The notes beneath the pieces are model-generated. The model did no database searches. It worked only from the letters and a program-made list of their open reading frames with translations, and was not told the origin of the DNA. 64,000 bases of DNA from Octopus bimaculoides (taxonomy: Eukaryota): NCBI RefSeq assembly GCF_001194135.2, contig NC_068990.1, positions 64,048,884 to 64,112,883 of the forward strand, in the 5' to 3' direction. Position 1 is the stretch's first letter, and every line of letters begins with the position of its first letter. This document shows, in pieces, positions 1 to 12,574 of the stretch. Both the position numbers and the translations under genes were made by a program.

Positions 1-110
1 TAAAGTTTTTACGTAAGATTTATAATTAAGTAGTAAACATAAAATTTAATAAGTTTTGTTTTTAAATTTGCCCACTTTCATTGAAATAATTAATTCTGGG
101 ACACCCTGTT
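1..110. mobile_element. Right end of a Tc1/mariner-type MITE
   Basis: TTCTGGGACACCCTGT resembles the terminal CAGGGTGTCCC motif of Tc1/mariner MITEs; other end lies outside the window. Confidence 0.4.
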
Positions 111-268
111 TATGATGAGCTTCTTTTTAGTTTTTATTTTCCAAATACAGTTACAAGTTCTGTGGCTACAATAGAAGAATCTTGCTTAAGGGTGCTGCAT
201 AGAGAGAGATTGAACCCACAAACATACAATTGGAAAGTGAACTTCTTAAACACCTACATACACATATG

Positions 269-327
<59 letters not shown>

Positions 328-851
328 TATAACAAGCAAGGAAAGTACTTGTTAATACATAATAAAGATTATAATTATATTCAATCAGGTGAAATAATAA
401 GCTGTTTCTTAGTTTCCATTTTCATACTTGTTCAGATGGCAGCTTAGTGTTATGCAATATCATGGAACATTACTTTGTCCAAGATGAAGGCTTTATTAAT
501 TCATTGGGTAAAACAGACCACATGAGTTGCAATCAGATTTTGCAATTGCATTGAACTTTGTTTTAATGCTTACATGGGAATCTATTACCGTACTGGTTTT
601 TTTTTGGTGGGGTGGGGGTCATCTTTCTTCTATGTATTTATTTCATCATCTTCCTGATCGAACATCTTTTTTTATTCATAGAATAATCATCCCTTTTCTT
701 CATCCCCATCTTCATCATCTCACCAATTACCTCCACAACAAATAATATCATCACTGTTGTTATCACCACCACCATCATCATCATCATCATCACCACCACA
801 TTGTCATTGTTCTGGTGAAATTATTATAATTATTATTATTTCCATTCTTAG

Positions 852-1005
852 ATCATACAATGTGTCCAACCTGATGGAAGACCTTAAATTCCTCTATCGT
901 ATGGCTGGCCAAGAAGGCAAGAGCGTCACGTTTCTCTTTACAGACAATGAAATCAAAGATGAATCCTTTCTGGAATATCTCAACAACATCCTGGCATCTG
1001 GAGAG
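852..1005 (+). CDS. DNAH5/8: Axonemal dynein heavy chain (DNAH5/8-like), window exon 1: AAA4 region
   Basis: ttag|ATCATAC...GGAGAG|gttag; [51 protein letters not shown] matches the DNAH5/8 AAA4 sequence as I recall it; starts in phase 2. Confidence 0.95.
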
Positions 1006-1273
1006 GTTAGTTCCATCCATCACCATTACCAATGCTTTGTGTTTTTTTTTTCTATATTTTATTTTTGGTATAGCGTATATATCCTCCACACATCCCAGAA
1101 TTTAATTATTTCAGTGGAAAGAGTACTGGTGAAATAGTCTTGTTCATTTTAATGGAATCTGTTGTTAAGGATTCAGGAATAAGTTGTGGTTTATTTTGCT
1201 TATAAGCATTTAAAATAACTTCATCTAAGCTTGGATAATGTAAGACAAATCGAATTTCTTTCATTTACCATAT

Positions 1274-2306
1274 ATGGTACGAAGGCAGCATTGGTGAAAG
1301 TGTTCAAGGCGCCTGAGACATCTAAATGATGTTTTTCTGATGGGTTTTTGCCTGACCAATATAGGGTGTATCCAGCACCATGTTCTTTCAAGCTGCCTTC
1401 CTCTAGGAGCCAGACTTCACTAAGGGCTGCAATATCAATTTTTAGCCTGGACATTTCATGTACAATGAGAGTGGATCGGTATTCTGGGTGACCTCTGCTG
1501 TCTGAGTCAAGAATGGTTCTGACATTCCAACATGCTACCTTCAGACATTTGGCAACATTTGAAAGGTGTATGGAGCCCTTTCGTTTTGTATTTGTACATA
1601 TTTGATGGCTTGAAGAAGATGCCTGTTGGCCACAGTTTGCCAACTGGGTGTGTTGGAGACAAACTTTCTTTAGGCTACCTTTTCTAGGCCCCTCTCCAAG
1701 TGGAGCAAGCAGTGCTCTCCCTAGATAAGGTTGCTTGGTCGTTTGGGATGCTGTCAAGTGATGTTGTCACCTCCAAGTCAACACCAGGCGGCCAATGTCC
1801 TAAACAGCTTACATGTAGGTTGGAAGCTGCGGCTTCCGGTGACATCTTCCACCTGCCGTTTTCACCCCCTTCCCATCATTACAGGGCTTGGAGAGTTGTT
1901 ATCATGGTCGTGGTCGTGGACATGGACAGATCCTTCAGCCTGCATGACGAAGTTTTAAGGTGAAGTGCAGTCTGCGCAGAACTGGCCCCACCCGTTACAC
2001 CTGCAGTTTATCTGCTGTGGCCCAGCAAGCAGGGATGATGGCAGAGAGGTCCTTGGGTCATAAGTTTTATATTGGAATGTCCTTCTCCTAGACAGGCTGC
2101 CAATCATGGCTAACGAGCCCCATCTGCTTGGAGCAGCCTGGTTATACTGCGCCATACACCCACAGTCATCCTCTCCTCTTGGTTTAGATCCAGGTGGTAC
2201 CACAAGGAGGTCGAAGTAGGACTTGGGGTTTGCGTCACTCTTTGGAAGTTTTAGCCCAGTATGGTGCTCACCCAACCAGCATATGGTGACAATGTGGACC
2301 CCCATT
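1274..2306 (-). mobile_element. RTE-BovB-like LINE, 5' part (5'UTR, AP-endonuclease N-terminus, short C-terminal piece), inverted
   Basis: LKVACWNVRT...IDIAALSE...GYTLYWSGK, then after a deletion LEHFHQCCLRTI in another frame. Confidence 0.85.
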
Positions 2307-2308
2307 AA

Positions 2309-2850
2309 CAAATGCTGCCTTCATACTATCCTCAACATCTACTGGAGCGACTACATCACCAACACTGAAGTCCTCAGGTGTGCAAAGGTCTCCAGCCTGG
2401 AAGCCATTTTACTTGAGACATGACTACCTTGAGCAGGACACATTGACAATGCCTACCCAAGATTATCATGGACAGTGAGCTCACCACTGGCCACTGCAAC
2501 AGGAGGGCACCAAAGGAGCATTACAAGGACTACCTGAAGTAGTCCCTTAGCATTTGTGACATTGATTATCATGAGTAGTCCACTCTAACGGCTGACTGTG
2601 CCGCTTGGTGCCATACCATCAGTGATGCTGTTTCCGCCTTTGAGATCTCTCGCAGTACCTCTCTTGAAGACAAAGCTCAGAGGTGAAAAAATAATGCAGC
2701 TGCACCATCAGACCCTGGACAATCATACATCTGTCATCATTGCAATTGGATATGTTGATCCCACATCGGCCATATCAGCCACGAACGAGTGTGCAGATGA
2801 GATGGACAACAGCTTTCCTAATCTTCATCAGTGAAGCCAACCCAAGAGAA
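2309..2850 (+). mobile_element. RTE-BovB-like LINE, 3' end (degenerate)
   Basis: CCLHTILNIYWSDYITNTEVL...SSLEAILL, a C-terminal Cys/His-like remnant, then GAAGCCAACCCAAGAGA and a microsatellite tail. Confidence 0.85.
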
Positions 2851-2874
2851 TATATATGTGTGTGTGTGTGTATT

Positions 2875-2905
<31 letters not shown>

Positions 2906-3805
2906 ATTGTATGTGTGTGTGTATTTGTATGTATGTGTGTATGTATGTATGCAAGTATGTATGTATGTATGTATGTTCAGCAGTATCAACACCAAGTAGT
3001 GTTTAGGCATAAGTGAACTTTAGCTCAGTTAAAATGTGTTTGTAACATATTTCAACTTCAAAAGCAATATTCATTGCAGTTACCATGGAGAAAAAAGATT
3101 TCTCTTATGGTTAAAGATGTAAAAACATCACATCTTCCCAATGTTGCTCTCTCTCTCTCTTTCTATCTCTTCCTAACTGTATTTTTACTTTGTTTATATG
3201 CTTTAAATGTAAACAATATCATTATTCAAATCTGTCATAAGAATTATGTATGGCCTTTGGGTGATTTTGTCATATGAAAGACCATTTCCTCTAAATGAAG
3301 GCAACTCTGTTATAGCTACAACTCTGCTAAGACTAATGCCATCTAGATTTTACCTCGCAAGCTATGTCAATAGATGAGCACCTCAGCTTCTATGAGTGAT
3401 ACATTTCAAGAAGAAATCAGGTCACATCATATTTATTTATAATACTTGCAACAAATCTACCATACACCTTTCCATTTGTACACATGGCTATGTTGATACA
3501 TGAATACACACCTTAGAAACACTTCTAGAGGTAGCAGCAAACCATCATTGTGTTTTTTTTTTCTTTTTTTGTGTGAACATGTGTGTGAATAATGGAAAAC
3601 CCGAGACATCCACAGCATTCAATATTTGAAACTAGGTAGAATGAAGAAAAAGGTAGAAGAAACAAGGATATCATCATCATCATCATCTTTTAACGTCCAC
3701 TTTCCATGCTAGCATGGGTTGGACGATTTGACTGAGGACTGGTGCAACCGGATGGCTACACCAGGCTCCACAAATATTTTGCTAATAAATTCAAAGGTTA
3801 ATGTT

Positions 3806-4013
3806 GGTTTCAAATTTTGGCACAAGGCCAGAAATTTCATGAGAGAGTTAAGTTGATTACATTGACCCTTGTAATCAACTGGTACTTACTTTATTGGCCC
3901 AAAAGGATGAAAGATAAAATCAACTTCAATGGTATTTGAACTCAGAACATAAAATCAGAATTTCCACTAAGCATTTTGTCTGGTAGAGTAACAATTGTGC
4001 CAGCTCACCACCT
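3806..4013 (-). mobile_element. tRNA-derived SINE, family A (head GAGCTGGCAGAATCGTTAGC)
   Basis: Reverse complement of the family A consensus built from >20 copies in this window; B-box-like GAGTTCAAAT. Confidence 0.75.
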
Positions 4014-4109
4014 TAAATAAGATAAATATTTACTTCTGTTTCTTTCTCTGTTAATTATTATATAAAATGATTCATCTTTTTCTTATATCTTCCTCTTCAA
4101 CCACGGTAG

Positions 4110-4274
4110 GTTTCAAACTTGTTTGCCCGGGAAGAAATTGATGAAATCCTTCAGGAACTTGTAATTCAAATGAAGAAAGAATACCCTCGACGTCCACCAA
4201 CAAATGAGAACTTATACGATTACTACTTAAGTCGTATCCGACAGAATCTTCATGTTGTTCTCTGTTTTTCTCCG
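4110..4274 (+). CDS. DNAH5/8: Dynein heavy chain exon 2
   Basis: tag|GTTTCA...TCTCCG|gtttgt; [18 protein letters not shown]...[12 protein letters not shown]. Confidence 0.95.
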
Positions 4275-4535
4275 GTTTGTACCTGTCTTAACATTCTTTT
4301 GCATTAATCCACCTTAGATTATCTCTTGTTCAATTATGCAAAACATTCCACTTTAAAAATGTTCATATTTAAATTGGAACCTTGTAGTTATAAAACATTA
4401 GCAAACTTGTTTTTCTTTTCTACAAATTTCATACTTCACGACCTAATATTTGGAAACAAATATTTATGGGTACAGTTATGGCCATGTAGTTAAGAGTCTG
4501 CTTTGTAGTCATGTGGCTTCATATTCAATCTAACT

Positions 4536-4867
4536 CAGTGGTTCTCAACCATTTTTTACATATGGTCCCTTTTGCTTACTACTTTACTCTGGTGGACCCC
4601 CATTGCCTCTCGATGCTAAAAATCTAGTTTTATAGATAATTCTTTCAAAATTCCTATTTTACTTTCCATACATTAATTTGTGAAGGTTGAACTATGTAAA
4701 ACATTATAGAAAGAAACCTAGCTGTTTCTGCAATAAATACATCTAAACCAAAATTATTTTCAAAATCTTTCAAGGATCCTTAAAATACTACCTGTGGGTT
4801 CCCAATTTACTATTTTGCTTGTGTGGACACCCTAAAATCTTATATGGATGCCATTTGAGAACCACTG
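4536..4867. mobile_element. hAT (Charlie-type) MITE
   Basis: TIRs CAGTGGTTCTCAA / TTGAGAACCACTG; perfect 8-bp TSD ATCTAACT (4528-4535, 4868-4875). Confidence 0.92.
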
Positions 4868-5277
4868 ATCTAACTACTTAGAATGCTGGACTTATGCTAG
4901 AAGACACCGAGCAAAGGGGAAATCTACTTTTGCTTCAGTTCTGTATAAATTCTAGGAGTAAAATTAGGTGAACAGAAATTGTTTGGAAGCTTATCACTTG
5001 TTCTTGATTAGTACTTTTAATCTGTCACCCAATTTAATAATTCCAACAGGCCCTTAAATTACTTTCACAGTACCGACTCTGTTGCAAGCATTTGGCTTAG
5101 GTTTGTGGTCTAAGAATTACTCAATATTTTACCCCCCCCCCCCAAATCTTGGAGATCCTGCAGAGGGGGAAAAAAAACCATGGGTACAACTCATCTTCTG
5201 ATTAGACCCTGTTAAAAAAAAAGACAGGCTAAAAAACATCTTATTCTAGTTTTTGTTGTTTGTTACTGTTTTTCAAG

Positions 5278-5466
5278 GTTGGGGAAAAGTTCCGCAGTCG
5301 ATCACTGAAGTTCCCTGGATTGATATCCGGTTGTACAATGGATTGGTTCCAACGATGGCCAAAGGATGCTTTGGTGGCTGTATCCCATCATTTCCTCTCC
5401 AACTTTGACATTGCCTGCTCTCCCGAGGTGAAGACAGCAGTGGTGAATACAATGGGGACGTATCAG
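5278..5466 (+). CDS. DNAH5/8: Dynein heavy chain exon 3
   Basis: caag|GTTGGG...TATCAG|gtaaga; [36 protein letters not shown]...MGTYQ. Confidence 0.95.
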
Positions 5467-5841
5467 GTAAGATTGTTCAATTTGTTAATTTGTTGTTATT
5501 TAACCCTAGGTCAGTCTTGATTCAAGAGACCTATGATCAAACACATCTCAACCCTGACCATGCTGTCCTTTTCCTGTGTACAAGGAACCCAGAACCATAT
5601 TATCTATGTTCAATTTTTTAAAAAAATTCAGCATGATTTTTAGATTTGGCTGCTGTTTCAAGCAGCCATGTAGAGGCTCTCTCATTGGCTCAATTAAGTG
5701 TAGCCTATAGTAGTAATAGCAGTGGTGGTTGTGATCATGGTGATGATAATGATGAGGTAGTGATAATGACGACTGAAGATAGGGATGGCAATGGTTAAAG
5801 AGATAGAAGATATTGCTGTTGTTATTATTTAATCTTAGGAT

Positions 5842-6255
5842 AAGGCAGTGAGCCGGCAGAATCATTAGCACACTGCACAAAATGCTTAGTGGTATTTCAC
5901 CTGTCACTATGTTCCGAGTTCAAATTCCACCGGGGTTGACTTTGTCTTTCATCCTTTCGGGGTCGATAAATTAAGCACCAGTTGCGTACTGGGGTCGATC
6001 TAATTGACTGGCCCCTTTCCCAAAAATTTCAGGCCTTGTGCCTATAATAGAAAGGATTATTTAATCTTTGGATAAGGCAGTGAGCTGGCAGAATCGTTAG
6101 CACGCTGGATGAAATGCTTAGTGGTGTTCCGCCCATTGCTACATTGTGAGTTCAAATTCCACTGAGGTTGACTTTGCCTTTCATCCTTTTGAGGTCGATA
6201 AATTAAATACCAGTGAAACACTGGGGGTTAATGTAATTGACTAGTCCCCTCCCCT
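5842..6255 (+). mobile_element. Two head-to-tail family A SINEs (5842-6055, 6074-6255)
   Basis: A-box-like TGGCAGAATC, B box GAGTTCAAATTCC, body CTTTCATCCTTTCGGGGTCGATAAA. Confidence 0.85.
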
Positions 6256-6395
6256 TGGTGAACAAAGTGTAGTGAGAAGCAAATAGTTATGGAAGAATAA
6301 AGGAAGAACAGGTGTGGAAGAGATTCTGAGCAATAACTGTCTGAAGTTCTTTTAGCAGAATGGTCTTAAAGTATGGATACTGTGGTGCTTTAAGT

Positions 6396-6612
6396 CAGTG
6401 GTTCTTAACCATTCTTTGTCTATAGATCCCTGTGATTCCTATTTTTACTCTCCCACTGTATTTTTATAATTAATTATCCTTAGGAATTGTATAAAAGAAC
6501 TTCAAATATTTTGTGTACTGTAGAAGTATAAGCAATTTATTGCACATAAATTTTAACAACAAAATCTTATATGAACCCCCAAGGGTCATATGGACCCTGG
6601 TTGAGACCATTG
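6396..6612. mobile_element. hAT MITE, shorter related copy
   Basis: CAGTGGTTCTTAA / TTGAGACCATTG; TSD CTTTAAGT / ATTTAAGT (7 of 8). Confidence 0.8.
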
Positions 6613-7069
6613 ATTTAAGTAGTATTCCATATTATTAGCAGGGGATTGGCAGAACCATTAGAACATTGGGTAAAATGTCTTGCTGTCTTTAGTTACAAAA
6701 CTTAACTTTCACTTCACGGATTCAGTTTTTACTAATCATATGCAGATCGTTTCTAGCAAACACTTTCTGCAGATCAATAAAAATGAAATGTGTGCACTAC
6801 ATCATATGAAATGTGAAGAATTCAAGAAAGCAGCCCACTATGAAAAATGAGTTATATCCATTCCTGTGTCTCTAGTGCACTTGCATGAAACCAAAGATAC
6901 TCAATTCCATATTGTAAGGGTTAATATTTTGTGTTTAAGCAATGCTGTGGTCAACCTATCAGAGCCAATAAAATATAGTGTCAATGTGGGTTGATTCAAA
7001 GGATTTACTCTCTCCACAAAGATGTTTGGTCTTGTATGGACGTTTGTTATCAATATTATTAAATAGAAT

Positions 7070-7478
7070 AAGGCAGTAAACTGGCTGAATTGTTAGCATG
7101 TCTCTATGTTCAGAGTTCAAATTCTGCTGAGATTGACTTGGCTTTCATCTTTCCGGGGCCAGTGAAATGAGTACCAGTTGAGTACTGGGGTTGATATAAT
7201 TGACTTAGAGCTGACCCTTGAACTTGCTGGCCTTGTGCCAAAGTTTTGAAACCAATATGATTATGGTGGCTAGCTGGCAGAATTGTTAATATGCCAGGCT
7301 TAGTGGCATTTTGTCCATCTTTACATTCCAAGTTCAAATTCCACCAAGGTCATCTTTACCTGTCGTCCTTTCGGGGTGAATAAAATAAGTACTAGTTGAG
7401 TACTGGGGTCAATGTAATTGACTTAAGCCCTTCTCAAGAAATTACTGGTTCTGTGCCAAAATTTGAAACCAATATTAT
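7070..7478 (+). mobile_element. Two head-to-tail family A SINEs
   Basis: Same head, B box and body motifs; tails end in TTTGAAACCAATAT. Confidence 0.8.
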
Positions 7479-8082
7479 GAAACAGGATAATAAACTGTGG
7501 ATGGTATAATGGTTCCTCAATAATGAATATGGGTGATATGGTAGTTCATGAAGAGCTTGCATGGATGATATGGTGGATGATATTATTGAGTACTTTTTTC
7601 ACGAAACTCAGCAATCAGTCAAAGATATATACATCATGAAATGTTATACTTTAATAACAGACATAGAAATATGGAAGCATTCTTATATATGACAGTCTAA
7701 CAAAGTCCTAAAATATCTTCACAATACTTGATGTATGTAATTTTAGCGTTGATAAAAAAATTATGCTAATTGTAATCCGATTATGTTTTTCTCTCGAAAA
7801 TCTCCAAAATCAATTGTGAAACATTTAAAAACCTGAAGCAGTATAATTTAGAAAGATATATTTTTAACTTAATCTCATAAAACAAGAGTTTTTGAGAGAA
7901 AGCAAAGAAATGCAAACTTTAAGACTTGTTGACTGAACTTCTGATTATATTTTGGATACTACATGTAGTAGAATAAACTTTCAAGTCATGAACTTTTCCT
8001 CAATTCCATTATCTTAGAACTTTCCTGATAACTTCTTCAAAAATACTCTCATTCAGTGTACTATAACACTTTCTGTTCCCAG

Positions 8083-8239
8083 GATGTGGTGGCTGAAATG
8101 TCAGTCGATTATTTCCAACGTTACAGAAGACAGACCCATGTCACCCCCAAATCCTACCTTTCATTCATATCTGGTTATAAACAGATTTATTTGGAGAAAA
8201 GAACAGAAATTGGTTTACTTGATGAAAGGATGAAAACAG
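8083..8239 (+). CDS. DNAH5/8: Dynein heavy chain exon 4
   Basis: ccag|GATGTG...ACAG|gtacca; [33 protein letters not shown]...RMKT; ends in phase 1. Confidence 0.95.
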
Positions 8240-8574
8240 GTACCATGTTTGTTTTTTCCCCTTTCTTTGTACAATGTTTGTTTCTTCCTCTTTCTTTGTA
8301 CAATGTTTTTTTGTTTTTTTTTTGTGGGGGGACTTTAATGCAGAAATGGTCTCTATGGATAGTGTACCATTCAAAGTATTTCCTTGTGTTGCTTGAGTAA
8401 GACACTTACCTTATTCTACTTCACTGGAGAATATGTATTAGCTGAAGTAGGAAGATGAACATGCAGTAAACTAGAATCATGTATTTTTTTGTATTCTTAG
8501 ATGATTTATTTCTTTCCATTTGTCTCAGCTTAACTAACTCTTGGCTATTAATGTGTTGTTCTTATCAGTGGAAA

Positions 8575-8579
8575 ACAAA

Positions 8580-8615
<36 letters not shown>

Positions 8616-8631
8616 AATAAAACTACTGAAC

Positions 8632-8690
<59 letters not shown>
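8575..8690. repeat. (AAT)n microsatellite
   Basis: Read directly; one of dozens of (CA)n, (TA)n, (TACA)n, (ATCT)n, (AAT)n and (GAT)n tracts in the window. Confidence 0.95.
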
Positions 8691-8691
<1 letters not shown>

Positions 8692-9687
8692 AATAGATTC
8701 CTTCAAAACTATAAAATTGATAACAAGCAGCCCTGCTTGTTATCTATCATGAAATAGTTTCATACAAAGAAAATTTGTTTCTCATCCAGCTAACATTACA
8801 TAGAGTGGAGTTAAGTTCAGATTCTGTTGAGCTGTTTAGTTGTTCCAAATGAAAAACTTCACTTTCTCTGTATATGTATGTGAAAGCCTAAGGAAAGCAT
8901 GAAAGAAGAGATATTGTTAGTTTCTCAAAATTGTATTCAACTGGATCAAACCAATAAGAGCCATGATGTCATTTTGTTGGAAAGTATATATATAAATAAA
9001 TAACTGTATGTCACTTAGTGAAGGAATGAGAATTTTGCATTTATTCTTATATAATTGTCTCTCTTTTGCAAACCCAATTATGGTCCTGTGTTCATGATAC
9101 CAATCAATTTTTATTTTCATGCATATTTGTAATGAGAGAAAAGTAATTGTAAGAAAAACGTGAATGGGGTAAAAAAAAATGATGAGCCAAAATAGCCCAG
9201 TTATACAACTGGTTTAGTTTTCTTTTTCAACTATCTTATAAAGATGATTTCAAGTTCAAGCAGAACTCACAGCTACTTTATTCTTTACTAGCACAACTGA
9301 ATCACTGAAGACTAAATTTTAAGGCTTGCTTGTGCAACATTTTTAGTAACAATTCAATTAATTTTCCTTCAAGCCTTACTTTGACTACATTTTTTATACA
9401 GCTGGAATATGGAGTTCACTTGTAATCAACTNNNNNNNNNNNNNNNNNNNNNNNNNNNNNNNNNNNNNNNNNNNNNNNNNNNNNNNNNNNNNNNNNNNNN
9501 NNNNNNNNNNNNNNNNNNNNNNNNNNNNNNNTATTTATATGAATAATATATAGTCTATTGACTAGTTTTTTTCTTCTTGCTAGACTACTGGTAGCAAAAG
9601 GAATTTCTAAATTTTTTTTGCTGCCCTGAGATTTATTAATATATATATATCGTTTTTGCATTTGGTTTCCCCAGACACAACAATATA

Positions 9688-9745
<58 letters not shown>

Positions 9746-10078
9746 NNNNNNNNNNTATATATATATATATACACACACACGCACACACACATATATATAC
9801 ATACATACATACATACATACATACATACATACATACATACATACATACATACAAACACATATTTCTTTATTACTATAGCTGCTCTCTAACAATATATATG
9901 TCAGAACTCTGTTAGTGTAGCCTTATAAAACAGAATTATAAAACTCTGTATCACTGTATCAGATAACACCATAATGATTTTATAACTTCACATTTATATC
10001 ACTTATCTTCTAATATCACAACATAGTAATACAAGATTTTTCTTTTCTTCTTTTTCCCCCTTTTTTTTTTTCCATCAG

Positions 10079-10284
10079 GTCTTCAGAAACTTCTCGAAGC
10101 TACTGAGTCTGTGAATGAACTTTCAAAACAATTGGCTGTCAAAGAAAAAGAACTAGAAGTTGCTTCGAAGAAGTCTGATGAAGTTTTAGCTGAGGTTACC
10201 ACTAAGGCACAAGCTGCAGAAAATGTTAAAGCTCAAGTTCAACAAGTAAAAGATAAGGCACAAGCTATTGTGGATGCGATTTCA
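10079..10284 (+). CDS. DNAH5/8: Dynein heavy chain exon 5: stalk coiled coil CC1
   Basis: tcag|GTCTTCAG...ATTTCA|gtaagt; (G)[31 protein letters not shown]...AQAIVDAIS. Confidence 0.95.
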
Positions 10285-11171
10285 GTAAGTGTTTTTAAGT
10301 GATCAATGTTATAAGGTGCAAAGTGTAGCCTTAAGAATAATGCCTGTCATTATTGTTGTTGCTATGGCCATCACATACATTTCTACCATTTGCTAAAGCA
10401 CATTTTAAACACCATCTTAAATCAAAATATATCATTGTCTTTTCAAACGTCTGTCACAAGTACAGTTGTGGGCCAATGAGGAAATCATTGTGTGATTGAT
10501 AAACCTACTAGAAAAAGCTGTCAATTAAATGATATCATCTTAAAACAGGACAATTTCAATAGTGTAATTCTTGGTACACATGACCTGAACCCCCCCCCCC
10601 CAGATAATCATGGCTTTTCATCTTTTCATCAGGACTGATCTGATGCTAAACGTCAACAAGAGCAGTCGTCACCATCATTTGCACAAAAGCTTCAGCCTGA
10701 ATTATCACTCACTACAAAACCCATAATCACTATCAGCACCTGGGGGCCTCTGTACAACAGCTAAACCTATTAAAAATAGCCAGATTGCTTCATATTATAT
10801 CCTACTGTGTTAAGTAATGAAGATCACATTAGATAGTTGTATATAGTCCTGAAAAGAAGGGCTAGTCATAGCTTGAATGCTTTTAATTTTAGGTCTGCTC
10901 AGTCAGGGCTGATCTGAGACTAAGCAACATTAACAACTAAACAACTATCACCACTGTCATCTTATGAACCACTATGTCTGCCATAGTTATTGTTGTCATT
11001 ATTCTCACTTTACCACCACAACCATATCTAGTATTATAATCCCTATTGCCTGTACAATTATTATAACTACTGTATGTATCTTGCTACTTAAATCACCACA
11101 ACTGTCATTATCAGTATATCTTTCACTCATAACCGGGACAGTTTATACAATAAAGAATTATTATTCTGCAG

Positions 11172-11274
11172 GTAGACAAGGCCATTGCTGAAGAGAAACT
11201 CGAGGCTGCCAAACCAGCTCTTGAACAAGCTGAATCAGCTCTACAGACTATTAAACCAACACATATTGCGACAG
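11172..11274 (+). CDS. DNAH5/8: Dynein heavy chain exon 6 (absent from the ORF track): CC1 into the microtubule-binding domain
   Basis: gcag|GTAGAC...ACAG|gttaga; [34 protein letters not shown]; ends in phase 1. Confidence 0.93.
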
Positions 11275-11984
11275 GTTAGACATTTCTTGTATATTCTTTT
11301 GTTTCCAATGAATGCATGTATCCTCCAGCAAAGCACTTAATCCTACTTTCTTAGACTTTATACTAATTATGAAACCATTATATTTCAAGGCCAGAGTCTC
11401 CAGACATAGAGAAATATTGCATTTATTTAACTTATGCCAACATAATGATATGGATGTTATTATTATAGTCAAATGGCTTAAGTTAATCAGCAAAATCATT
11501 AGTACTGAGACCTTTTTTATGGCATTATTTACCAATGTAAAATAATTGATAGCGGTCAAGAGTTGTTGCTCCGACGATAGTTGAAATCAGTTAGTAGGAA
11601 GTTTTGGTGGAATGTGAGGAGGACAAAATAACATGGTCACCAGCAACAGGAAGCTAATTCAATGGAGAGAGCATGTACATGAACAAATAGTGTCTGGTCA
11701 AATAAATTAAATGACACAAGGATAGAAAACAATAAGCATGAACATTTCCAATAAAATTTAACTCGGTTAAGTAAATAGTTTGTAATGACTAAGTTTGCAC
11801 AGTCTTTAGTTCAAATGCTTAAAAGCACACATTATTTGGCAAGAGTGCATGGCAGAATGAACCAAATAAAAAAATATGTTTACTACTTTATTTTATGGGA
11901 AATAAAGAACACATTATAATGATGTAATTTGGTGAATTGTTATAAAGGTGTATAAAGACGACACAGCCATAAGTTGTTGATGAA

Positions 11985-12145
11985 ATACCCATCAGAGATG
12001 TTTTGCCCCATAGAAACACAGCAGAAGCTACTTAAGGATATTACAAGCTCTTCTCCTGTGTCATCTCCAGAGTCATCATCATATTGTTGTATGGCAGTGA
12101 GACTTGGGCCACATATGCCAGACAGGAGAAGCAATTCAACACCTT
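11985..12145 (+). mobile_element. RTE LINE internal fragment
   Basis: IILLYGSETWATYARQEKQFNTF matches the RTE LLYGxETW motif. Confidence 0.7.
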
Positions 12146-12574
12146 CCCTAACCCTAACCCTAACCCTTCAAGAATGTATCTCAACAAAACCATGATGATT
12201 GAAACAAGTGAAAGAGGAATTATAAAATCAAGTTATCTTGGTGGCATCATTTACTTGAAGTGAACATAGTAAGATATTGTTTGACAACATTGAAATATCA
12301 CAGACATTTTACGATTTTATATAAAGTTATGAAGCAGCAGTGAAATTGTTAAGTTATTATGAAAGTTATTAGTGAAAGAGTGTCAGTGTTTAAAAGGTCA
12401 TTGTTTAGTCCAAGAACAATAATCAAAGACATTCCGACATCATTCTTTTATTCAGGTATCGTGTTTAATACTGTATTATTCCATGCATTCTTACATATCA
12501 TTTTCAAGATGATAAGATATGATTTAAGAGAATTTTGGCTACTATTTCTTATACTTAATGTGACTATTGTGGAA

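Noticed and set aside
2200-2306. Possible HDV-like ribozyme at the RTE 5' end (minus strand, GGGGGTC...GGGCTAAAA)
   Set aside because: I could not build the P1/P2/P3 pseudoknot by eye; a descriptor search would be needed.
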